From Pseudonocardiales bacterium (lineage in GTDB: Bacteria > Actinomycetota > Actinomycetes > Mycobacteriales > Jatrophihabitantaceae), in NCBI GenBank assembly GCA_025966155.1, contig JAOPVO010000303.1:1-56618 (forward strand): a stretch of DNA of 56,618 bases, given 5' to 3'. Positions 18,188 through 27,217 of the stretch are shown piece by piece; within the stretch, counting starts at the first letter, position 1, and every line of letters begins with the position of its first letter. The position numbers and the translations under genes were made by a program. Under the pieces are notes generated by a model. It ran no database searches. It was not told the origin of the DNA and worked only from the letters and a program-made list of their open reading frames with translations.

Positions 18188-19252
18188 TCAGGTTAAGGTC
18201 AGCTCGAAATCGAGCAGCGGGATGACCTCGGCGCCGAATCGATCCACCGTCTCGTGGTAGTCGTCGAAGCTCATCAGCACCCCGCCCGTGCCCTGGACCT
18301 GAGCGATCTCGTTCAGGGCAGTGGCGACGGTGCGCGGCGATCCCGCGAGAAGGCCGTTGGTGATCGCGGCGCTGTTGAGCGCGCCGAGCTGGGCGGCTGC
18401 AGCGGCCGACGACGTCCCTGTCTTGTCGATCTCGTAGTTGCCGGCCATATGCGCCACCGCAACGGCATCGCTGCCAGCGTTGTACGCATCGATCTTGCTC
18501 TGGGCCAGTGCGTCGGTGTCGTCGATGACGATCTGGCGCAGCACTATGGATCGGACATCGCGCCCGGACGCCGCGCAGGCCGCGTCGAGCTCGGCGTTCG
18601 CGGCCCGGATGCCCTCGGGGCCGCCGGGGGCGTCGGTGAAGTTGAAGTCGGCGAACTGCGCCGCGAACTCGCGGCCGCGCGGCGACGACCCGGCCGACAC
18701 GATGTCGATATGCGAGGCCGGGGTCGGGCCGAGCTGGCAGTCCTCGAGCTGGAAGTACTTGCCGGAGAAGTCCGAGCGGCCGTCGGCCCAGAGCTCCTTC
18801 ATGACCTGCACGTACTCACTCGCATAGTCGTACCGCTCGGCGAAGTAGTGGTCCCCGGGCCAGAGGCCCATCTGGGCATACTCGGCCCGGTTCCAGCCGG
18901 ACACGATGTTGATGCCGAACCGCCCGGGGGCGACATCGTCGATGGTCGCGGCCATGCGCGCGACCACCGCCGGGTGCAGGGTCAGCACCGCAACCGAGGC
19001 GTACATCTTCATGCGCTCGCTGACCGCGGCCAGCGCCGACATGATCGTGAAGGTCTCCAGGGTGTAGTCCCAGAACTTCGTCTCGCCCCCGAAGCCGCGG
19101 AACTTGACCATGCACAGCGCGAAGTCGAAGCCCATCGCCTCGGTGCGCGCGACGATGCTGCGGTTCAGGGCGAAGGTCGGCATGTACTGCGGGGAGGCCT
19201 TGGAGGGGATCCAGCCGTTGTTGCCTGTGGGGATGAACACGCCGAGACGCAT
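18188..19252 (-). CDS. luciferase-like (LLM) flavin-dependent monooxygenase, RutA-like
   Basis: ATG 19252 with an AAGGAG SD. The N-terminal 200 aa (GVFIPTGNNGW...PQYMPTFALN...FDFALCMVKFRGFGGETKFWD...VARMAATIDDVAPGRFGINIVSGW..EYAQMGLWPGDHYF..RYDY..EYVQV) closely track my memory of pyrimidine monooxygenase RutA. An HMM search is needed to confirm. Confidence 0.8.
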   Translation of the reverse strand: MRLGVFIPTGNNGWIPSKASPQYMPTFALNRSIVARTEAMGFDFALCMVKFRGFGGETKFWDYTLETFTIMSALAAVSERMKMYASVAVLTLHPAVVARMAATIDDVAPGRFGINIVSGWNRAEYAQMGLWPGDHYFAERYDYASEYVQVMKELWADGRSDFSGKYFQLEDCQLGPTPASHIDIVSAGSSPRGREFAAQFADFNFTDAPGGPEGIRAANAELDAACAASGRDVRSIVLRQIVIDDTDALAQSKIDAYNAGSDAVAVAHMAGNYEIDKTGTSSAAAAAQLGALNSAAITNGLLAGSPRTVATALNEIAQVQGTGGVLMSFDDYHETVDRFGAEVIPLLDFELTLT

Positions 19253-19293
19253 GACGCTCCTTAGCTGGCTGCAGGAAATCTGGGACCGGCGCC

Positions 19294-19323
19294 GGGCCGG
19301 CACGGACTAGCCGTGCCGGACCC
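19294..19323 (-). promoter_or_regulatory. intercistronic stem-loop between the SBP gene and the RutA-like gene
   Basis: ccggcacgg-actag-ccgtgccgg is a perfect 9-bp stem, extendable to 12 bp with one bulge (ggg...accc). It lies 16 nt after the SBP stop. Confidence 0.5.
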
Positions 19324-19338
19324 GGCGCCGAGGGGTGG

Positions 19339-20991
19339 TCAGGAGGAGGGCTTGAGCTCCCAGTACCGGACGCCGATCTCGGGGGAGTAGGCGATTCCGG
19401 TGATGCCCTTGCTCACGACAACGGTGCGCCCGGTGATGACCAGCGGGATGAACGAGGCGTCGGCCGCGGCCTGCGCCTGCAGGTCCTTGTACGCCGCCTG
19501 CCGCTCGGGGCTGTCGGGCAGGAACTGGTACTGGTTGGCCTTGGCATCGAACGAGGCATTGGCGAACCGCGGGTAGTTCAGTGCGCCGCCGCCGTGGGAG
19601 TAGAAGCTGACCGGCGACTTCGGGTCATCGAGGTAGATGCTGAGGTTGAACATGACCATCTTCGGGTCCGACACCGACGCACCCGTGGCGGCCGTGCCGC
19701 GCTTGATGATGAGGTCGAACATCGCCGCCGGGGTCTGCGGCTGCAGGGTGACGGTGATGCCGATCTGCTTGAGGGCGGTCTGGATCAGGATCGCCATGTC
19801 CTCATATGCGGGCTCGGCATTGCTGTACACCAGCGGCACATTGATCGACGGGTTGCCGGCCTCGGCCATGAGGGCCTTGGCCTTCGCCAGATCCGTGCTG
19901 TACGTCGACCACGCGTCGTCGTAGCCCGGGGCCTTGAGGTTGACGTAGGACAGCGACCGCTCGGCGCGGCCGAAGAAGACGTTCTTCACCAGATCGTCGT
20001 AGGGGATCGCCGTGGCGACGGCCTGACGGACCTTCTCGTTGGTGAACGGCCCGCTGTCCTCAGCCAGCTGGAGGTGGATGAAGTCCGGCGTGGCCTGGTG
20101 ATCCACCGTCAGGCCGGCGTCATCGAGGTCGTTGAGCTCCTTCTGGGTCAGGCCGAATAGGCCGACGTTGACCTGCCCGCTGCGCACGAGGGAGGCGATG
20201 TTGCCGTTCGCCACGATTCGGACGGTGACCGTCTTGTAGGCGGGGTCGCCGGACCACAGGCCGGGAACGGACTTGAGGATGACCTGCTGGCCGGGTGTGC
20301 GGGAGTCGATGTAGTACGGGCCGGTGCCGGCTGCGTTGGACCGGAGCCAGTCGTTGGCGTTGGGGTCGGTGGCCGTCGCATGCTGCTTGGCAGTCACGGA
20401 ATCGACGATCCCGTAGTTGGGGAATCGCATGGTGGCCAGCAGGGTCGGCGTCGCCTGGACGGGATTGCCCGCCACATCGGTGAAGTCCATCTTGAAGGTG
20501 TGCTCGTCGACCACCGAGAACTGGCTGGGCTTCTGGAGCCCGCCGTTGCTGAAATCGGTGGCGCCGCCCAGGGCCATCGAGCGGGTGTAGCTGAACAGGA
20601 CGTCCGCGGCGGTCAGGGGATTGCCGCTCGGGTAGAACTTCACGTCCGTCCGGAGGTGGAACACCGCCGAGGTGCCGGCCATGTCGTAGGACTCGGCCAG
20701 GGAGCTCTCCGCGTCCAGCCCGCTCCATACGAGGGAGCCGTTGGCATCCGGGGTGAACTTGTACTCCAGCAGGCGCTGGTAGATGTTCATCGTGAGCTCT
20801 TTGTCCTGGTCGGTGGAGACATTCCCAGGGTCGAGAGTCGAGACATCGGAGGGCCAGGCGGTGACGAGGGAATCCCCCGACGCCGCGGCGCTGGAATCGG
20901 ACCCGCCCGACGAGCAGGCCGAGACGATGGCGAGCGCGGCGACGGCAAGGACCGTCGGCACGGTCACGCGCAGTCTTCTGAACATGGACAT
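19339..20991 (-). CDS. ABC transporter substrate-binding lipoprotein, family 5 (peptide/nickel/opine type)
   Basis: ATG 20991 (MSMFRRLRVTVPTVLAVAALAIVSACSSGG lipobox) with an AGGAGAA SD. About 550 aa, with the typical cluster-C SBP size and composition. Confidence 0.85.
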   Translation of the reverse strand: MSMFRRLRVTVPTVLAVAALAIVSACSSGGSDSSAAASGDSLVTAWPSDVSTLDPGNVSTDQDKELTMNIYQRLLEYKFTPDANGSLVWSGLDAESSLAESYDMAGTSAVFHLRTDVKFYPSGNPLTAADVLFSYTRSMALGGATDFSNGGLQKPSQFSVVDEHTFKMDFTDVAGNPVQATPTLLATMRFPNYGIVDSVTAKQHATATDPNANDWLRSNAAGTGPYYIDSRTPGQQVILKSVPGLWSGDPAYKTVTVRIVANGNIASLVRSGQVNVGLFGLTQKELNDLDDAGLTVDHQATPDFIHLQLAEDSGPFTNEKVRQAVATAIPYDDLVKNVFFGRAERSLSYVNLKAPGYDDAWSTYSTDLAKAKALMAEAGNPSINVPLVYSNAEPAYEDMAILIQTALKQIGITVTLQPQTPAAMFDLIIKRGTAATGASVSDPKMVMFNLSIYLDDPKSPVSFYSHGGGALNYPRFANASFDAKANQYQFLPDSPERQAAYKDLQAQAAADASFIPLVITGRTVVVSKGITGIAYSPEIGVRYWELKPSS

Positions 20992-20998
20992 GGTTCTC

Positions 20999-22066
20999 CT
21001 AGAGACGATTGGTTGGGGGGATCGCGGTGAGGGCGGGGTTGTCCTCGATCGCCGCAATGGCGGGCGGGCACGCTGCGACGTGCTGCTGGAGGACGCCAGG
21101 CGTCGCGGGCGGCTGGGCGGCAACTGGCTGGGGCACGAGCAGGAGGGGCGGTTGCCGCTCCCGGCATTGCGGCTGCACGAGCGGGCACCGCCCGGCGAGG
21201 CGGCATCCGCGCGGCAGATCGACCGGGCTGGGGATCTCGCCGGAAAGGACGAAGCGCTCCTTCACCGCTCCGTACTCGGCGACCGGCGCGGCGGATAGCA
21301 ATGCCCGCGTATAGGGGTGGGTGGGCGCTGAGAACACCGCCTCGGTCGTGCCCTCCTCGACGACCAGCCCCAGGTACATGACCAGGACCCGATCAGCGAT
21401 CTTGCGCACCACCTGCAGATCGTGGGTGATGAATAGATAGGCGACATTGCGTTCCCGCTGGATCCTCTGCAGCAGCTCGAGGATCTGCCCGCGCACCGAT
21501 ACGTCCAGCGAGGATGTCGGCTCATCGAGGATGATGACCTTCGGGTCGATGGCCAGGGCCCGGGCGATGCCGATGCGCTGCCGCTGGCCGCCCGACAGCT
21601 CGCGGGGGTAGCGGTCCAGATGCATGGGGTCCAGGCCGACCTCGCGGATGAGCTCCTCGGCGCGCTCCCGCCGAGCCGCGGCCGACAGCTGCAGGTGCAG
21701 CCGCATCGGCTCCTCGATGATGTCGCGGATGCGCATCCGGGGATTCAGCGAGGAATTCGGGTCCTGGAACACCATCTGGAGGTCCTTGTACGCCCGCGAC
21801 ATGTCCTTCCACCCCAGTCCGCCGAGGGTGCGGCCGTCGAGCTGGACGGATCCCGCGGTGGGCTCGATCAGGCGGGTGAGGCACCGGGCGACCGTCGACT
21901 TGCCGGACCCGCTCTCGCCCACCAGCGCGACCGTCTCGCCCGGGGCGATCGACAGATCCACGCCATCGACGGCAGTGAGGATCCCGGCGTGCCCGCGGGC
22001 CCGGATGGTGAACTCCTTGCGCAGGCCCAGGACGTGCAGCACCGGGTGGGACACGATGGCGGTCAT
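20999..22066 (-). CDS. ABC transporter ATP-binding protein (DppF/OppF-like)
   Basis: Walker A GESGSGKST, signature LSGGQRQR, Walker B IILDEPTS, oligopeptide-type C-terminal Cys-rich tail (PRGCRLAGRCPLVQPQC). Confidence 0.9.
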   Translation of the reverse strand: MTAIVSHPVLHVLGLRKEFTIRARGHAGILTAVDGVDLSIAPGETVALVGESGSGKSTVARCLTRLIEPTAGSVQLDGRTLGGLGWKDMSRAYKDLQMVFQDPNSSLNPRMRIRDIIEEPMRLHLQLSAAARRERAEELIREVGLDPMHLDRYPRELSGGQRQRIGIARALAIDPKVIILDEPTSSLDVSVRGQILELLQRIQRERNVAYLFITHDLQVVRKIADRVLVMYLGLVVEEGTTEAVFSAPTHPYTRALLSAAPVAEYGAVKERFVLSGEIPSPVDLPRGCRLAGRCPLVQPQCRERQPPLLLVPQPVAAQPPATPGVLQQHVAACPPAIAAIEDNPALTAIPPTNRL

Positions 22067-23787
22067 GCGGCCTCCACTAGTCGGCTCGCGGCCAGCAGCG
22101 CCGCCGTGTACGGGTCCTGCGGGTTGGTGAAGATCTGCTGGCAGGAGCCGGTTTCCCGCACCCGTCCGTCGCGCATAACCACGACGTCCTGGCAGGTCTC
22201 GGCTACTACGCCCAGATCGTGGGTGATCAGGCAGGCCGTAAGTCCCTCAGTCCGCACCAGGTCGACGATCAGCTTCATGACGTCGGCTTGGATCGTGACA
22301 TCGAGGCCAGTGGTGGGCTCGTCGAGGACCAGCAGCTCGGGCTCGCTGATCAGCGCGAGAGCCAGCATGACCCGCTGGGCCATCCCGCCGGAGAACTCAT
22401 GCGGGTACTGGCGCATGCGTCGCTCCGGCTCCGGGATCTGGACCCGCTCGAGCATGGCGATGGCAATGGCCCGTGCCTCGTTCCGGCTCACTTTTCGGTT
22501 GGCGCGGCAGGCATCGATGAGTTGATTGCCCACAGTGAACACGGGATTCAGCGACCCGCGGGCATCCTGGAACACCAGGCTGATCCGCGTGCCGCGCACC
22601 CGACCGTAGGACGCAGGCTCGTCGGCGAGGAGGTCGACGCCGTCGAACACCAGCTGGCCGCCAGTGCGGATGAACCCCTCCGGGGCGAGGCCGACGATGG
22701 ATAGGGCACTCAGTGTCTTGCCGCTGCCGGTCTCCCCGACGATCGCCGTCATGACCCCTCGGCGCAGCCCGAAGCTGACGTCATGGAGGACGGGGCGCAC
22801 GCCTTCGGGTCCGGCGAACCCGCCGCTGAAGCCGATGACCTCGAGAATCCGATCCGGTGCGGGCGTCGACTCCGGCCGCGCGGCCGCAGCCGTCGCCATG
22901 GCGGTCGCCGCGCCGCGGCGGGCACGGCGCAGCAGCCGGGCCGACAGCACCGATGATCCCGGGCTGTCCTCGCTCAGGCCGTCGCCGATCAGATAGAACG
23001 ACGCGGACAGCAGCAGCAGCGCGATGCCGGGGAAGCCCGAGATCCACCACTCCCCGGACAGGATCGAGTCCTGCCCGCGGGAGATCATCGAGCCCCACTC
23101 GGCGCTGCCCGGCTCGATGCCCAGGCCGATGAAGCCCAGACTCGCCACGATGATGGCGACCCAGGAGGCATTGATCGAGGAGAACGCAATCAGCGGGCGC
23201 ATGCTGTTGGGCAGCAGATGCCGGAACAGCACCCGGGACGGGCGGTTGCCGATCACCTTCGCGGCCTCGGCGAACTGCCAGTTCTTCTTCGAGAGGATCT
23301 CGGCGCGCACGAGGCGCACATAGTTAGGTATGCCCAGAATCGATACCACGACGATCACGTTGACGATCCCGGACCCGACCGCCGCCACCATGAGCATCGC
23401 CAGGAGCAGGGCCGGGAACGCCTGGACGATCTCCATGAGGCGCATGAGGATGGTGTCGAGGATGCCGCCGTAGAAGCCGGCCAGCGCACCGAGCGCCGTC
23501 CCGATCACGAAGGCGATGACGACCGCCGAGAGCGTGATGCCGAAGTCCGTCGTCGCGGCGCTGAGGGTCCGGGAGAAGACATCGGAGCCGACGCGGTCCG
23601 TGCCGAACAGATAGTCGCGGCTGGGGGCGGCGTACGGCGGGCCCACACCGGCGGTATCCGGGTCGTACGGCGCCCAGAGCCGGGTCGTCGCCGAGACGAC
23701 CGCCATCACCGCCACGATGCCGGCGCCGAGCCAGACGGAGAGGGGCGTCGAGCGCCGGCGGCGGCGGGCCGGCTGCAGGGTGCTCAT
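22063..23787 (-). CDS. fused ABC permease (DppC-like) and ATP-binding (DppD-like) protein
   Basis: The N-terminal ~290 aa form a 6-TM BPD permease. After a linker the C-terminal ~270 aa carry Walker A GETGSGKT, FSGGMAQR and LVLDEPTTGLD. This is a single uninterrupted ORF with ATGA overlaps at both ends. Confidence 0.88.
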   Translation of the reverse strand: MSTLQPARRRRRSTPLSVWLGAGIVAVMAVVSATTRLWAPYDPDTAGVGPPYAAPSRDYLFGTDRVGSDVFSRTLSAATTDFGITLSAVVIAFVIGTALGALAGFYGGILDTILMRLMEIVQAFPALLLAMLMVAAVGSGIVNVIVVVSILGIPNYVRLVRAEILSKKNWQFAEAAKVIGNRPSRVLFRHLLPNSMRPLIAFSSINASWVAIIVASLGFIGLGIEPGSAEWGSMISRGQDSILSGEWWISGFPGIALLLLSASFYLIGDGLSEDSPGSSVLSARLLRRARRGAATAMATAAAARPESTPAPDRILEVIGFSGGFAGPEGVRPVLHDVSFGLRRGVMTAIVGETGSGKTLSALSIVGLAPEGFIRTGGQLVFDGVDLLADEPASYGRVRGTRISLVFQDARGSLNPVFTVGNQLIDACRANRKVSRNEARAIAIAMLERVQIPEPERRMRQYPHEFSGGMAQRVMLALALISEPELLVLDEPTTGLDVTIQADVMKLIVDLVRTEGLTACLITHDLGVVAETCQDVVVMRDGRVRETGSCQQIFTNPQDPYTAALLAASRLVEAA

Positions 23788-24809
23788 GCGCGCACCCGCG
23801 GGTCGATGCTGGAATAGGCGAGGTCGAGGATCAGGTAGATGACGACGTAGAGGATCGCGGCGTAGAGGACGAAGCCCTGGATCGCCGGGAAGTCCGATTG
23901 CTGGATGGCATCCAGGGCGTACTGCCCGACGCCGGGCCAGGCGAAGATGCCCTCGACGAGGACCGCGCCGGAGAAGGCGAAGCCGATGACCCCGGCGAGC
24001 ATGGTCAGCACCGGGAGCAGGACATTCTTGAATGCGTACCGGAACCAGATCGTGCGCTTAGGGATATTCATGGCGATCGCCGTCCGGATGTAGTCCGCGC
24101 GCAGCGCCTCGATCATGGCGCTGCGCACCGTGCGCGCGATCGGGGCGAAGACCGCGATGCCCAGGGTGACGACAGGCAGGGCGAGCTGCGCGGCGGCGTG
24201 GCGGGCCAGCCCGAACCGGCCGGTGAGCAGCGAGTCGACGACGACGAACGAGGTAATCCTCGGCGGCGGGTTGACCCCGATCGGCAGGCGGCCCACCGGG
24301 CCAGGGGCCAGGCCCATCTTGACGAAGAAGATCCACAGCAGCATGAGGCCGATCCAGAACTGCGGCATGGCCAGTCCGCCCACAGTGAGGAACCGCAGGA
24401 TCTTGTCCAGGACACTGCCGCGGAGGACGGCGGACAGGATGCCCACGGCGAATCCCAGCAGCGTGCCGCCGATGACGGCATACGTCGCGAGCTCGAATGT
24501 GGCGGGGAGCCTGGACGTCAGGTCGGAGGTCACGGGCTGCCCGGTCGAGAACGAGGTCCCGAGCCGGCCGCGCACGAGGTCGGCGAGGAACTGGCCGTAC
24601 TGGGCCGGGATCGACTTGTCCAGGCCCAGGTTGGCCCTGATCGCCGCCCGCGTCTCCAGGTCGGCCTGTGGCGACACGTAGAGGTTCGTCGGATCGGGCG
24701 ACACGATGCGGGCCAGGACGAAGGTCAGGGTGACGACGCCCAGGATGACGGCGAGGCTCCCGGCCACTCGCACCGCGATCGGTCGCGCCCTATCCATCAG
24801 CGCGCTCAT
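23784..24809 (-). CDS. ABC transporter permease (DppB-like)
   Basis: ATG 24809 (MSALMDRARPIAVRVAGSLAVILGVVTLTFVLARI...). The upstream 146 codons of ORF 23784..25247 are Arg/Gly junk overlapping the amidohydrolase gene. Confidence 0.88.
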   Translation of the reverse strand: MSALMDRARPIAVRVAGSLAVILGVVTLTFVLARIVSPDPTNLYVSPQADLETRAAIRANLGLDKSIPAQYGQFLADLVRGRLGTSFSTGQPVTSDLTSRLPATFELATYAVIGGTLLGFAVGILSAVLRGSVLDKILRFLTVGGLAMPQFWIGLMLLWIFFVKMGLAPGPVGRLPIGVNPPPRITSFVVVDSLLTGRFGLARHAAAQLALPVVTLGIAVFAPIARTVRSAMIEALRADYIRTAIAMNIPKRTIWFRYAFKNVLLPVLTMLAGVIGFAFSGAVLVEGIFAWPGVGQYALDAIQQSDFPAIQGFVLYAAILYVVIYLILDLAYSSIDPRVRA

Positions 24810-26218
24810 CAATCGACCGCCGTGCCCCGCGCCACCGAGGGGTCGAGGGTGCGGCGCAGCAGTTGCCCGCCGGTCGAGTCGTCGACGAGGACGCCGCCCT
24901 CGATGACCACGCGACCGCCGAGGATCGTCGCGACCGGCCAGCCATAGACCTCGCGCCCGCCCCACGGGGTGTAGTCGCCCTCGTGCATGTCGGTGGGGTC
25001 GATGACCCGGCGATCCTCGGGATCCAGGATCACGAAGTCGGCATCCGATCCGACCAGGACGGCGCCCTTGCGCGGGTAGAGCCCGAAGATCTTGGCGGCG
25101 TTCTCCGAGGTGACCTCGACCAGCCGCTTCAGGCCGAGGTCGCGCTTGCGGACCATCTCGGTGTACAGCAGCGCCATCTTCGGCTCGACCCCCGTGACGC
25201 CGCCGAACGTGCCGTCGATAGTGCGCGAACGATCCTTCTCCTCCCATAGGCAGCAGACGCCGTCGGTGCCGAAGGTGTGGATGTGCCCGTCGGCGATCCC
25301 GGCCCAGATCGCCTCGACGTCCTCCTCGAACTTGATCGAGGGGTAGATGTGGTACTTATGGCCATCGGGCTCCGCGTACGACGCGGCGGTGGTGAGGGTG
25401 AGCACCGCCAGGGTCTCGGCGTAGATGGGCTGGCCCGTGGCCCGGTACTGGCGCACGGCATCGACGCCGGTCTTGGCCGTCACGTGATGCATATAGACCG
25501 CCGCGTTGTCGATATGGGACGCCAATTGAAGAACGTGCCGGAACGACAGATCCTCGGAGAGCGTCGTGTGCACGTCCGGCATGTACACGATGTCGGTCTT
25601 GCCGGCCTCGAAATGCTTCCGGTACTGATGCATGACCAATTCGTCGTCCTCGGCGTGGATATCAACGATGCCATTCGCCGCCGCCGTGCGGGTCAAGATC
25701 TCGAATAATGTCCCGGTCGACGTCCGGAATCCCTCGAATTGCGTGGGGGTGATATTCGTGGTGAAGATCTTGAAGCTCGGGAAGCCTTGCTCGATCAACG
25801 CCGGGATCTGGTCTATGTGCTCGTCCGACGCCTGGTCGGACATCACGATATGGAACCCGTAATCGGTGTAGGAGGTCCCATCCCACTCGGCGATCATGTC
25901 GTCGAGAGTGGTCTGGGGGGAGTGCTCGCCAGGCCAGATGAAGTCGATGAACGTGGTCATGCCGCCATAGAGCGCGGCCAGTCCGATGACATCGCGGCCC
26001 AGGACATTGGGCATGCCGCCCGGCGCGTTCGTGTGGACGTGCGGATCGACGCCGCCCGGGAGCACCAGCTTGGCCGAGGCGTCGACGGTCCGCGCGGCCT
26101 CGGGCAGGGCGCCTGGGGCGACCAGGTGCGTGATGAGTCCCTCGGTGACCCCGACGTCCAGGGCCGACGGCCCCTCGGGTGTAACCACTATGCCGCCGAC
26201 AATGGCGAGATCAAGCAT
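24809..26218 (-). CDS. cyclic amidohydrolase, dihydropyrimidinase/D-hydantoinase family
   Basis: Metal ligands are present: GGVDPHVHT (HxH), SFKIF (carbamylated Lys), IHAEDD, YMHHVT, FGTDGV (Asp). 469 aa. GGAAGG SD. Confidence 0.85.
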   Translation of the reverse strand: MLDLAIVGGIVVTPEGPSALDVGVTEGLITHLVAPGALPEAARTVDASAKLVLPGGVDPHVHTNAPGGMPNVLGRDVIGLAALYGGMTTFIDFIWPGEHSPQTTLDDMIAEWDGTSYTDYGFHIVMSDQASDEHIDQIPALIEQGFPSFKIFTTNITPTQFEGFRTSTGTLFEILTRTAAANGIVDIHAEDDELVMHQYRKHFEAGKTDIVYMPDVHTTLSEDLSFRHVLQLASHIDNAAVYMHHVTAKTGVDAVRQYRATGQPIYAETLAVLTLTTAASYAEPDGHKYHIYPSIKFEEDVEAIWAGIADGHIHTFGTDGVCCLWEEKDRSRTIDGTFGGVTGVEPKMALLYTEMVRKRDLGLKRLVEVTSENAAKIFGLYPRKGAVLVGSDADFVILDPEDRRVIDPTDMHEGDYTPWGGREVYGWPVATILGGRVVIEGGVLVDDSTGGQLLRRTLDPSVARGTAVD

Positions 26219-26384
26219 GGATTGCCTTCCGGGACGAGTGCGGTTGCTTATGCGACTCAGTCTGGGAACGCAATATTTCGGCTGAAGTGCGTACTCGGTT
26301 GCCGCAAGATGTCATTCATGCGGGAACATTTCCGGAATGTAAACGGCATTAGGCGCGTGAATGCCCGATAGGCCGAGCGCGACA

Positions 26385-26404
26385 AATGCGCGCGGCCGCG
26401 CATT
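26385..26404 (-). terminator. hairpin after the gntR-family gene (8-bp GC-rich stem, 4-nt loop)
   Basis: aatgcgcg-cggc-cgcgcatt, followed on the minus strand by TTTG. A second 6-bp hairpin, ggcggg-ctg-cccgcc, lies at about 26422-26436. Confidence 0.4.
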
Positions 26405-26443
26405 CGCGTTTCGGCATCGAAGGGCGGGCTGCCCGCCGGTGTG

Positions 26444-27217
26444 TCAGGTGATGCGTCGGGCGGATCGGTGGTTGGGGGGATTCGACGGCAATGAGGGGAA
26501 GACGGCGCTCTGCACGCCGGTCAGGTGGGTCCGCATGGAGCGCTCGGCCTGCTCGGCGTCGCGCTCGCGCAGTGCGGCGATGACGGCTCGATGCTCGGCG
26601 ACCTGCTCGAGGCGCGCGGCCGTCGAGCGGAGCGCCTGCTCGTTGACCAGGACCCACAGCGGATGGTGCTCGATGCTGACCAGTTGGCCGATGAACTCGG
26701 CCAGCAGGGCATTGCCGGAGTAGCCGGCCAGTCGCGAGTGGAACGCGAAGCCGGTCACCGCGAAGCGGCGGTAGTCGCCGCTGGAGCCAGCCTCCTCGGC
26801 CTCGTCGACCAGGTCCGCCAGCACGGTGATCTGCTCGTCGGTGATCCGCAGCGCCGCGAGGCGGCTGGTCGTCGGCTCGAGGGAGATGCGAGCCTCGATC
26901 AGATCGCGCGGCTCGCCGCTCAGCAGCGCCTCGGATTCGTCGATGCGGGTCGAGCTGGCCGGGGACACGTAGACGCCGTCGCCGTGGCGGATCGTGACTG
27001 CCCCGACGAGCTCGAGCGCGAGCAGGGCCTCCCGGGCGGTGGTGCGGGAGACGCCGTGCGCGGCCGCGAGCTCGCGATCGCCGGGCAGTCGGCTCATCGG
27101 CGGGTACACGCCCCCGTTGATGGAGGCGAGGACGGCGCTGGCGATGTCCATGAACCGCCGCTGCGCAGCGAGCGCCGGCGGGCTCGCGGGGACCTGGTCC
27201 AACCTCTCCATTGGCAC
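26444..27217 (-). CDS. GntR family transcriptional regulator (FadR/FCD subfamily)
   Basis: wHTH LPGDRELAAAHGVSRTTAREALLALELVGAVTIRHGDGVYV plus a helical FCD-type C-terminal domain. Start is GTG 27217 or ATG 27211, with no clear SD. Confidence 0.9.
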   Translation of the reverse strand: MPMERLDQVPASPPALAAQRRFMDIASAVLASINGGVYPPMSRLPGDRELAAAHGVSRTTAREALLALELVGAVTIRHGDGVYVSPASSTRIDESEALLSGEPRDLIEARISLEPTTSRLAALRITDEQITVLADLVDEAEEAGSSGDYRRFAVTGFAFHSRLAGYSGNALLAEFIGQLVSIEHHPLWVLVNEQALRSTAARLEQVAEHRAVIAALRERDAEQAERSMRTHLTGVQSAVFPSLPSNPPNHRSARRIT

